From Octopus bimaculoides (lineage: Eukaryota), in the NCBI RefSeq assembly GCF_001194135.2, contig NC_068987.1, positions 110,254,372 through 110,302,347 on the forward strand: a stretch of DNA of 47,976 nt. The letters are read 5' to 3'. The notes beneath the pieces were generated by a model. That model worked only from the letters and a program-made list of their open reading frames with translations, searched no databases and was not told the DNA's origin. Made by a program: the position numbers and the translations under genes. This document shows positions 12,121 through 23,250 of this stretch, piece by piece (the first letter of the stretch is position 1; every line of letters begins with the position of its first letter).

Positions 12121-12499
12121 GCTGCAGAAGTGCCTCAGAGATCCAAAGTTTCGTGCAAAGGTACATATCAAACTGTACGTGTGAGTTCTTGCGCGCGCGA
12201 TTTCGTTATTGTTCAAAACGCCGACTGTATTAAAACGTTTTTGTTTTAAAAAATGGTCTTGTCTCAGAATTCGTAACATAGCTATTCGATGAATAGAGAT
12301 CGATAATATTAAATACCCGAGTGCAATACTTCAGACTGATATGATTAACATAAATATAACATAAATAAAACCTTGATTAACTAAAATCCTTTAAAGGCAC
12401 GCTAACTGAAACAATAATTTTTTTTTAAAGCACAAATTGATCGGACCACATATCAATCATGTTGATAATGTTGCCATTTAGATCAAAACTACGATCTAA

Positions 12500-13185
12500 G
12501 GTATTCAACCTAGCCATGGCTATTCCGTCTTTACCCAAACTATCAACTTCCTTCTCTTCTTTTTCTAAAAGTAGGGCCATTAGCGTCGTTGTCGTTTAGC
12601 CCAAGGCCAGCCTTGACTGAGTAGATATACGACTTAAAGTTATTCTGACGTAGTTTATCTTGGACTACATTATCCAAAGTATTCGTTTTTTGCTTTGAGA
12701 CAGCAGGGCCTTTATTCTCGTCGTTGTTTAACCCCAGGTAGTGGTGCAACTTGAGTGTGTACCGCCCAATGTAGCTCGAGTTCTCTACACGCTTATTCAG
12801 TAGACCCAAAAGTGCCCCTGCTCTATAAAAGGGTCACTCGGGCAGACTGACCCTATCATCATTTCCCCAAGCTACGCTACTGGTCCTTAATTCGGGAGAG
12901 CTCAATTCAATGACTCAAAGGCATTCTAGCCGTGACCATCATGTCTTTGTAGAAGTATCTAAGGCTACATCATTGAAAATGTTTCCTTTACCAAGATTGT
13001 AAGGCGTGGTTTGAGGGAGCCTTGGTTGCTATTTCTAGCATTCCCAGCGGACAGGTAGATGAGGCTTCCATCTTGCAATAAATGCAAACGGGCTTTGAAG
13101 AATGAATGTCTTTGTTATTCTCGTTATTGTTTAGCCCCAAGTGAGACCTGATCGATCAGACCTTTATAGTCAAGGCATTCGATCC
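12500..13185 (+). mobile_element. Cluster of family E dispersed-repeat fragments
   Basis: Three starts of gttgtttagccccagg type (about 12590, 12722, 13124) plus caaaggcattctagccgtgaccatc and gtggtttgagggagccttggttgctatttctagca; matches the copy at 31391-31576. Confidence 0.7.
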
Positions 13186-14864
13186 AGCCCTTTCTTCGGG
13201 AATTGCAGTACGATGTCGTTAAGACTGCAGGGTCTGAGTTACTAATTCCAAGATGTCAAACTACCGCAAAGAGTAGGCCTGGGTAATCTTTCCCGAGAAG
13301 CGGGCTGCATGAGGCATACCTCCTCATCAAAGTAATTTTTCAGAAAGTCCCGCGGGCGACAGTTCGCCCATGAATGGCATAGAAACTCTTTCAACGTTAA
13401 TAGATCCTCACTACCGTTGACAATGGTGGCGGTGGTGGTGAATGGTGAATGGTGCAGATGACGTCAATGGCGGAAGAAATTCTCACCATAAAAGATTTAG
13501 TATAAAACAATAGATTTATTTGCTTNNNNNNNNNNNNNNNNNNNNNNNNNNNNNNNNNNNNNNNNNNNNNNNNNNNNNNNNNNNNNNNNNNNNNNNNNNN
13601 NNNNNNNNNNNNNNNNNNNNNNNNNNNNNNNNNNNNNNNNNNNNNNNNNNNNNNNNNNNNNNNNNNNNNNNNNNNNNNNNNNNNNNNNNNNNNNNNNNNN
13701 NNNNNNAAATTTAAATATCAAAACTGAAAATGGAACGCACACCACCAACTCAATTACATTTCATCAATTTATTGTTGTTTATAAATCCCTTTTGTCTCAA
13801 ACAAATATTTTAATCTGGTAATTGCCAATGGAAACATGAATAAAATAACAACAATAACAATAATAATAATAATTTATAAAAGCAGGGGGAAAAAATCACT
13901 CCAATAACAATAACAAAAAAAAAACAAAAACAAAAATTAATTCTTTCATTAATAAACATTAACAAAAAATCTTAATTTTATTTGTCTTTATATATTTTTT
14001 GTTTCCCAATTTTTAATTTATGTATTTATTTATTTGTGCATTTATTTATTTATTTAGCTTGTTGCTTGTTAGATATTTTTAAGAGAATTTCAAACTTCGG
14101 GGTTAAACGACAAGTTGTAATGAGTGAAGCCTGAATGAAATATATTAAAAGTCAAATGACATCCAACCAACTATTTCGAAATAACCTGAAAGATTATTAA
14201 TGAATAAAAAACAAAACAAGTAAAATCAACAAAAAAGAGTAAAAAAAAACGACAAACGAAACCAAAAAACAACAACAAAACAAATGTCTTTCATGGTGCC
14301 ACCAGAGTTGTCATTTTAATTCATTTTTCCTTCTTCGTTCCTTATTCGTATTCATTACTGACCGTTATTAGCATTGTTTTTAATGTTATTACTTTTATTA
14401 TTATAACTACATTACGTCTGCTTTCCTCTGATGCCCAAGGGAAAGATGGATTCACAGAAAATGCTTAGTACATTTTCAAACTGTCGACATTTTCTCCATC
14501 TCTGTCTACCTGTCTGTGTCCTTTTTTACTCTTACTCACTCCGTCTCTCACTTACTCTCCCACTCACCCGGTCTTTGTCTCTCGCTCACTCCATCTCTCA
14601 CAATCACTCCGTCTCTCAGTCTGTCTGCCTGTCTCTCTCTCTCTCACTGTCTCTATTTTTCTCTCGATCTATCACACTATTTATCTCCATCTCATTCTAC
14701 TACAATCTCTACCTCTCTCTCTCTCTCTCTCTGTCGCTCTCTCTCTCTCTCTGTCGCCCTATCTCTCTCTCTCTCTCTCTGTCGCTCTCTCTCAGGTCAA
14801 TTACAACTATTCCAGTTATTAATTGAACTGACTCAGTTTTTTGCCATTCACTCGAACCCCGGGT

Positions 14865-15070
14865 CTCACCACACCATCTCACACAATACTGCAACTACCC
14901 TCACAGCACAACACAACACCATTCTGATCCTCAGTGCACCTTATCACACCATATCACGTCACACAAAACCGCAACACACTACACCTACCCCTAACACTCC
15001 ACATAGTATAAACACCATACAGTTCAACAACACCGCACTACGCTACATCTTATACTACAATTTCCATCAC
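14865..15070. repeat. Degenerate pentanucleotide-periodic (ACACN-like) repeat
   Basis: cacaccatctcacacaatac...cacaacacaacaccattc...caccgcactacgctac. Confidence 0.6.
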
Positions 15071-15089
15071 AGAGAAACCTCAACATGAC

Positions 15090-15150
15090 TATTCGACCAA
15101 CTAGAAATAGCAACAAAATCTCCCTCATATTGCACGTGTCATCTTAAAGA
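15090..15150 (-). mobile_element. Family E 3' fragment
   Basis: ttcgaccaactagaaatagcaacaaaatctccctca matches the family E end at 46410 and 47440. Confidence 0.65.
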
Positions 15151-15200
15151 GAGAGAGAGAGAGAGAGATAATATATGAGAAACAGAGAGAATCTTAGAAA

Positions 15201-15325
15201 CCATATTTGATTGCATAAAAGACTGCAGACACATCAGATGCACCCCGATTTCAACAACACATATTCAAGGGGTCATTTCTGAGAATTTTTAAAGAATAGT
15301 GCATCTTATATACTATCAAATATGG
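15201..15325. mobile_element. Old 125-bp Tc2/pogo-like MITE
   Basis: Left end ccatatttgattgcataaaagactgca versus reverse complement of right end ccatatttgatagtatataagatgca (first 11 nt identical); flanks AA and CA rather than TA. Confidence 0.6.
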
Positions 15326-15699
15326 CACATTGTGCCTTGACCAACGATGAAATGGATGATCAATGCTAAAATGACTCTTTTCATCATAAGTTTCTGTTCG
15401 ATCAGTGGGTGAGTCGTAAGATCAGTCGATCAGTCATAAGAACAAATGTCTTATATTGAGACTATGAGGTATGATCCGCACTGCAGGATAAACACATCAC
15501 AGTCACAGTATAGTGTGCTACCGTCTTAAGATATAAGTGTAATGGGCAGAGTTACCCAACGGCCTGAAAGGTCTTGGGGACCAATTCTGATCTATGAATG
15601 CTATATCTTACTATCCAAAGATAAATACTATAAAGACCATCGCATCGATTTGCCCTGGGGCTTATAATACTGTTAAGACGGCTTTGGTCAACAGACTAA

Positions 15700-16195
15700 C
15701 TCTGCAATATAGTAAGTGCAGTGTTCAGTTAACACTGCAATTGTTTAGTGTACGCAGCAATAGAATAGTGTACAGTTAACAGATCAACAGTATCGTGTGC
15801 ATCTGTACGGCGTACAGATAACACAGCAACAGCAGTTTACAGTGAACAGCAAAAATAGTGGGCAATGAGCAGAGTGACAGTTGAGTGTACAGGGAACACA
15901 GAGTACAGTGGTCAGTTAACACAGCCAGTACAGAGCAGAGTACAACAATACAATCGTGTACAATGGACACAGCAACAGTAAACTCTACAGTAAACGCACC
16001 AATATAGTACGTACAGTTAACAAAGGAACGATGCAGTAGTGTACAGTTAACTGTTTTAACAGTGCATAGTTAAAACAAAAACTGTACAATTAACAAAGCA
16101 ACCATACTACAGAGTACAGTTAACACGGCTTCATTAGTGCACAGCTAATAAACTAACAGTACACTGTACTGTTAGTTTATATCAGTTAGAGTAAA
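15700..16195. repeat. Cryptic satellite with recurring GTACAGTTAAC-like motif
   Basis: About 8 motif variants near 15724, 15769, 15911, 16011, 16040, 16082, 16113 and 16138 in a CAG/CAGT-rich background. Confidence 0.7.
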
Positions 16196-16388
16196 AAACA
16201 AAAAGAAAAGAAAAGTAATTTGATATGAAAAAAATCACGAAAAAATATCAACCACAACAATAGCAGCCAAAACAACCAGAATAGCAATACATTTTTATTG
16301 ACTGCCGAAGACAGCAGAGTTGTTTTGTTCTACAAGCAAAGAGGTCAATAACTGAATCACTGAACCACTTCACAGTGCGTACGTATGC

Positions 16389-16475
<87 letters not shown>

Positions 16476-16745
16476 GTACACGTACAAATATGTATGTGTG
16501 TAGATAGATAGATAGGTAGATAGATGGAAGGATGAAGCTAGAGGCACCATCACACCGATACAAGGAGCCAGAGGCAGATATATATTGAACAATAAACCAC
16601 ACACATAAATGTGTAGGTATGTATGTAATATATGCATACACATATCTATCGAATACAAAAACACAATTAACCAGAAATACAAGTGCACGCATTTGTGTGT
16701 TGCGTGCATATGAATGTGTATTTTACATTATATAGGTACGCTTTT

Positions 16746-16747
<2 letters not shown>

Positions 16748-16833
<86 letters not shown>
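16748..16833. repeat. Long (GT)n microsatellite
   Basis: About 40 uninterrupted GT units. Confidence 0.98.
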
Positions 16834-16841
<8 letters not shown>

Positions 16842-17069
16842 AACTAATAAATCATTGGTTTCCAATTTGAGAGCGGGTTGAGAAGGAAGAGGAAAGGGTG
16901 AGTGAGTACTTGAGGAGTCTACTTGACTAAAGATGGTTTCTAAACAATAGATGAGGATCAATAAAGTATAACATTCACAAATACCACACACAAACTACAA
17001 CGATACATAACAATAACTAAAATATAACTGTACGGTTAAAATATGTGTACGTCTGTATGTGAGTAGGCA

Positions 17070-17106
<37 letters not shown>

Positions 17107-17792
17107 TTTGAAAGCAAAAGATGGTTGTGCAGAGGTGAGTGATTCTGAGAGTGCAGCTTGCGATTATGCATGTGTGTGTGTGAGTATGTTTGTATGAGTG
17201 CATGTGATTGAGATTGTGTGCGAGAGAGAGAGAGAGATGAGTGTATGCATGTGAGCAAGCTAAAGAGACATTTGTGTGTGTGTTAGTGTGTGTAAGTGAA
17301 TGTTTGTACAGATAAGGTAAGATAAGGTAAAGAGATGTGTGAGAAGAAGCGGAGAGAGAGAGAGAGGGGGGGAAACAATGTGTGTGAGTGTGTATGTGTA
17401 CGCGTCCATGAAAAGAGCATATGTGTAGAATTACGTACAAACCTGTATGGTTATCTATTTATACATATCTCTATTTATGCAATTATACACACAGACTGGT
17501 ACACAGGAGGGGATTGTTAAAGATTTTTTTCAGCTACGCAAATGTATTCATGCATATACACACTCAATACCTGCACACAAAATGCAAGCTTTCTCTTCTC
17601 TCGTAACGCATTTATTCTAAGGTAGACACACAGAAACACGCACATAACAAGATATACACACATAACCATACATACATACATTCATACATACACACACACA
17701 GCCGTATATTCAGACACACACGCACATACTTGTAAACAATTTCCTTCACGCGCACACGAGAAAGCATCGAACCAAGGGTGAGGGAGTCACAC

Positions 17793-17996
17793 AGTCGCCT
17801 TAGTTTGTTGGAAATAGCAGCCCAAACTCACTCAAATTATATTCTATCATTAATAAAAAAATAAAAAAATGGAAGGACAGACAGATCGGCCAATACAGTC
17901 CTAGACGTACAAAAAAAGTTGGAATGGCCACGAGCAGAATGTCTCTGATCATGAATATTCAACCAAGACTGGTCTAGGGCCGAAGCCCACCACCAT
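17793..17996 (-). mobile_element. Family E repeat, decayed full-length copy
   Basis: gaaatagcagcccaaactcactcaaa...ggaatggccacgagcagaatgtctctgatcat...ggtctagggc. Confidence 0.6.
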
Positions 17997-19576
17997 CACT
18001 ACGACGACGACCACCACCACCACTCCTCCTCCCCCCTGCTTCAGCAGTAGCAAAATACATCAATCTACATATTTATATACATATACTTCTACACAATATT
18101 ATTTGCGCGCATACAAACATACACACATACAAACACTGACACAAACACACACATATATGTGCACACGTACACACTGATTGCACCATATTTGGCAAAAATC
18201 TTAATCTATGAAACTCTATACAAGTGACCTTTCACTCCTGACTGCTGACCCCGTGCCCAGTATGTTGCCAATATAGCGGTTAGAATGAACAAGTGCAGTT
18301 AATTTGCAGCCATAATGCAACTGCAGTTGTAATAAAAATCCTGATAATCGCTGGAGCCAGGATCAAGCAAGACTAGGAAATGTAATGAAGCCATTAGAAT
18401 TGAAGAGTTTTATGAGTGGTGGAGGTGGGAGGAGGATTGAGTGAAGGGGAGGAAGTGATGGAGAAGAAGTAATAGATGGGGTACTGTTGGAGGGGGAGGA
18501 AAGACGACTGAATAGGTTGAGAGAGAGAGAGAGAGAGAAAGGAGAGAGGGTGATGTTTGTGTGTGTGTATATCGATTTTACATGTATGTATGGATATCNN
18601 NNNNNNNNTAATAGATGGGGTACTGTTGGAGGGGGAGGAAAGACGACTGAATAGGTTGAGAGAGAGAGAGAGAGAGAAAGGAGAGAGGGTGATGTTTGTG
18701 TGTGTGTATATCGATTTTACATGTATGTATGGATATCTGTATATTTAAATACAGATTCAGCTGTGTATATAATACGTATAAAGACATACAGACTTATAGA
18801 TGAGTATGTATGCGTATATACGTGTATATCTGTATACATTCTCATATATTGAGACATATATATATATATATATAGACACAAACTTTTTCACACATACATA
18901 CACATATACATACATACAAGCATATATACAGGTATACATATATATGCGCATGCACACACACACACACACATGGATATGTTTCTGAAAACACATATGTGAG
19001 TGCGCCCATTTACATACATATACTCTTCTGTGTATACATACACACACACAAATAAATTAAGAAATATTTATGAGAGAAAACAATTTCTTGCGTTCATGTT
19101 GATTTTTGCCAGGTTCATAACAAGGGTCAAAGGTAACAAGGCATAGAATGGTTAGAAATATTCCAAAATGATCCAAACGCCACCAACAAACTTGCTTACA
19201 TATATGCACACATAGATACGTACCTACATACATATTACATGTAATAAAGTACGTACATACATATATATATATATAAAGAAATATATACACACAAGTATTT
19301 ATATTTCAATACTCACATACACACACGATAACTTCTTTGTTATTCAAGTGCCTATCCTTTATTTTCATTTGAAATTAATCATTTAAAGTTAGTTTACAAT
19401 ACTGAAATGATATTGAACAGCAAGGAGGTTGGATGTACTCTTAAACTGGGTTTATATGCATAAACATATATATACAGGCACACGAACTATTCCCATATAC
19501 GATTAACCATGAATTGCATCGAGGAAAGAGGAGACTGCATGTTCATAAACATACTTTTAAAATACATGGAAACATA

Positions 19577-20023
19577 CCGTAAATCCTCGAGTATAATCCG
19601 CATTTTCCCCCAAAAATTTAAAGGTCAAAATCTCAAGTGCGTACTATATACGAGGTTAAAAATTAAAAATATTTTCTAAGCAATGTCTGAGTCTCTATTT
19701 GCTGTCCGGCAATGTTTAGTCAGACGCATTTTGTGATGTCGGGGCGAAAATACCTTAAGCTATATTTATTTTTCACTGACTTTATTACTGTTATTTCTTT
19801 ATCTTCTGCAAACAAAGTGCACGATAAAGCTACACGTTTGCATTATGTTATAAATACAATCATGATAAAGGACGTTACCGTATATACGTTTACAATCCAA
19901 GGATGTTATATAGACCTCCTTGACTCAAGTTAGAGAAGGAGTGTGTATTATACACAAGGTTTAGGTTTTTCAGAGGTACAGCCCCCTAAAAATCCCCTGC
20001 GTATTATACTCGAGGATTTACGG
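19577..20023. mobile_element. 447-bp non-autonomous Tc2/pogo-like DNA transposon (MITE) with TA target-site duplication
   Basis: 26-bp TIRs ccgtaaatcctcgagtataatccgca / tgcgtattatactcgaggatttacgg (1 mismatch); TA at 19575-19576 and 20024-20025; subterminal TIR-like repeats gcgtactatatacgagg and gtgtattatacacaagg; no transposase ORF. Confidence 0.92.
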
Positions 20024-20289
20024 TACATATAAGCGCATCGAGGATAAATTAAGGATTACTAGAAATGAAGAACATTCTTCTCAGTTATTCTACACCCCTA
20101 GCTAGAGTGGAGGTGGATTGACGTCCATTACGCTATGATCTAATCCAGTGGTGAAACTAACAGTCGCAATATCACGCATGGTTAATCCACCATTTGAAGG
20201 AAGTTAATTGGACTCTACATTTTTTGTACTGAATTATCTATCGTCTAAAACTATATATATATCATGGGACAAAAAAAAATTAGCAGTAT

Positions 20290-20779
20290 TTCTTCTGACT
20301 CATAACGTTCCGAGTTCAAATTCTAGTGTGATCGGTTTTGTCCTTCATACGGGTTAAATATTGTCGTGGGGGTTAACTATTATCGACTTAGTTCTCCCCT
20401 TGAAATGACTGCTTAAGCGAGCTTGGTAGAATTATTAGCACGCCGGATAAAACGCTGAGCAGCACTTCATTCGGTTCTTTACGTTTCAGGTTCAAATCCT
20501 GCCGACGTCAATTTTGACTTGCATCCATTCGGCATTTCGTCCGTCTTTCAGTTCTGAGTTCAAAAATTCCGCCGAAGTCGACTTTGCTTTTCATCCTTTC
20601 GGAGATCGATAAATTAAGTACCAGTGAAACACTGAGGTCGATGTAATCGACTATCCCCTTTCCTCTAATTTCAGGCCCTGCGCCTCACGCTGGGCAAAAA
20701 TACTTCGCGGCATTTCGTCCGCCCTTACGTTGAGTTCCTACCAAAATAAATTTCAGGCCTTGTGCCTTTAGTAGAAAGG

Positions 20780-20814
<35 letters not shown>

Positions 20815-21011
20815 GGCGGCGAGCTGATGGAATCGTTAGCACGCCGGGCAAAATGCTTAGCTACGTTCTGAGTTCAAATTCCGCCGAGGTCGACTTCGCC
20901 TTTCATCCTTTCGAGGTCGATTAATTAAATACCAAGGAAACACTGGAGTCAATGTTAATCGACAAGTTCCCTCCCAACAAATTTCAGGCCTTGTGCCTTT
21001 AGTAGAAAGGA
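20290..21011 (+). mobile_element. Head-to-tail array of about 5 SINE family B copies or fragments
   Basis: Units start near 20290, 20414, 20531, 20685 and 20813; the last two end tttcaggccttgtgcctttagtagaaagg followed by (ATT)n. Confidence 0.88.
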
Positions 21012-21417
21012 TTATTATTATTATTATCATCATTATTATTATTATTATTATCATTATTATTATTACTGTTATTTACTTTAAGTCTTTCTTTCCTCCTTGT
21101 TACATATGTGAAAAGCCCTTAATGAAAGCAAGGCGAGTACAAGTATCGGGAGGGGAGGTGGGGGAACATGCAAAAGTAATATGACAGGTTTTTCTCAAGA
21201 AACAAAAATTTATAAAAAACTAATATAATAATAATACAAAAAAAAAGCCAGCGAAGTTATTTGTTAAGCCAGAAGAGGCGACTGAGTACTTCTGACATTT
21301 CTGGATTTATTTATTTATTTACATACTTCTAATATTTATTTTCCTTTCCTCCCCCTCCTCCTCATCCATCAATTCTCACCCCGCCTCTTACTCCATTTAT
21401 TACGTGTTATGTATGTA

Positions 21418-21615
21418 TGTATGTATCTATTTGTCTATCTATCTATCTATCTATTTATTTATCTCTCTACCTACCTATCTACGTACCTATCTACCTATCT
21501 ATTTATCTATCTACCTATCCATCTATCTATCTATCTATCTATCCATCTATCTATCTATCTATCTATCCATCTATCTATCTATCTACCTATCCATCTATCT
21601 ATCTATCTATCTATT
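21418..21615. repeat. (ATCT/ATCC/ACCT)n tetranucleotide repeat
   Basis: Direct reading; source of the YLSI ORFs. Confidence 0.95.
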
Positions 21616-22994
21616 CCACACATAAATTCACATATTCACATGCACATTCACACGGACACATACATTCACACTCATACACGCAGTTATACTTTATGCACTT
21701 GCTCACATACACATACATGGACAAAGTCATACATATACAGGAACACAAAACACGTATTTCTTGCACAGGTACACATGCACAAAAGCAATAGATACATTAA
21801 AGTACAATTATTACCCTCTCTCTTTCACACCTATTTAACTCAATATCACTCTCCGTCCCTCCCTCTCTCACTTTCTGTAATTCTACCTCACCTCTCCTCT
21901 AACTCTCACTCATTTTTCCATAAACACCAAGAGAAGAAAAAAAAGCATAAAAGAAAGAAACAGTAATTGTATGAGGTGAGAGGGGAGGACGATGGTGGCG
22001 TTGGGGGTGGTGGAGGTAATTTTTGATTATTGAAACGAACCATACTGACCTAGTCAGTGTCGAAGTGAGAGGAGACACGTGTTGTATTGGTTATAGTAGT
22101 TATTGGAGGTAAGCGGGGGGGGGGCGGTAGTGGTTGCGGTGGAGGTGTTTTTGTGGTGATTGGCTCGGCTATTCAAATACAAACTGCCAACACTCAGCTT
22201 TCAACATTTACTGTCACCGCGACACCGAATACAGAACACCACCACCTGCAACCACCACTACTACCAACACCACCACCACCGCCACCTTGATTACAAGCAC
22301 CACATCTTGACACCAGTTTATTAACGCAACACACTATCACCACAACTTCAACGACTACCACCACCGTCGGTACATCGAAGACCACCGTTATTACTTCTAC
22401 TACCACTACTACCACCACCTTGCAGGCCAACACCGGTCTTACAACAGGCAAGCAGAGCCGTGACCCTAGCAATGGATTTCAAATATAGCTATTATACATT
22501 GTGTACGGCTAAATATATACTTGCACCCGCTAACACCAATACGCACGCACCGACCCACCCACACAAACGCACTCATTAACACCAACTCTCACACACACAC
22601 ACATACACACACATATATCATAGCTGCTTCAGAAACAATTAAATGTAGCCACAAGATAGCAACACCCGTCAATAAAGGTGCCAATAAGAAAGAAAGAAAA
22701 TCCAGTGGAATATTTCGTTGTTTTATCTTCTTCATTGCTTGAAGGGTTTTTTTTTTTATCGAATGGGTTCCAGCATTTCTTTTTCTTTTTTCAAACTTTA
22801 AACCTCTGAAATTTTTCTTAGCATTTTCTTCTGGAAAAAAGTGAAATAGTCTCTAAGATTCAACGTCGTAAATTACATCGATACACCAAATTTTTAAGTT
22901 TTCACCATACTTTAGATTTTCCACAGGTGCAACCAAACAGAAAAGATTCGTTTTCTTTCTGTTTGTTTTTTCGCAATCTTTCGATATTGCTAAA

Positions 22995-23070
22995 TGACGT
23001 CATTCACCCATACAACCATCAGTCATAACAGTTAAAGAGGCCAAGCTGTAAAACAGGGTGAATGACGTCA
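22995..23070. promoter_or_regulatory. Perfect 15-bp inverted repeat, each arm carrying a full CRE palindrome
   Basis: tgacgtcattcaccc (22995-23009) and gggtgaatgacgtca (23056-23070), 46-nt spacer. The structure is certain; regulatory function is not. Confidence 0.4.
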
Positions 23071-23121
23071 CCTCCTCATACCGATACTCTCAAGATCAAT
23101 ACCGAAGGAATGCTGCTTTTT

Positions 23122-23250
23122 TTATTCTTGGTACTTATTTTATAGATCTCTAATGCTGAACCGCTAAGTTACAAGAACGTAAGCAAACCAACATCGGTTG
23201 TCAAGTGATGGTGGGAGACGAACACAAAGATACACATACACACACACTCA
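23122..23250 (-). mobile_element. SINE family A 3' fragment, decayed
   Basis: gctgaaccgctaagttacaagaacgtaagcaaaccaacatcggttgtcaagtgatggtggg. Confidence 0.8.

Noticed and set aside
12128-12186. Possible small exon ending at GTGAGT (12181)
   Set aside because: No polypyrimidine tract at the acceptor, and the peptide is unrecognisable.
18470-18737. 129-bp direct duplication (18470-18598 and 18609-18737)
   Set aside because: Identical copies flank a 10-N gap, which is typical of unmerged contig overlap rather than biology.
22290-22487. Thr-rich mucin-like frame (TITTTSTTTTTVGTSKTTVITSTTTT...)
   Set aside because: No start codon or splice sites; it is explained by a decayed (ACC/ACT)n repeat.
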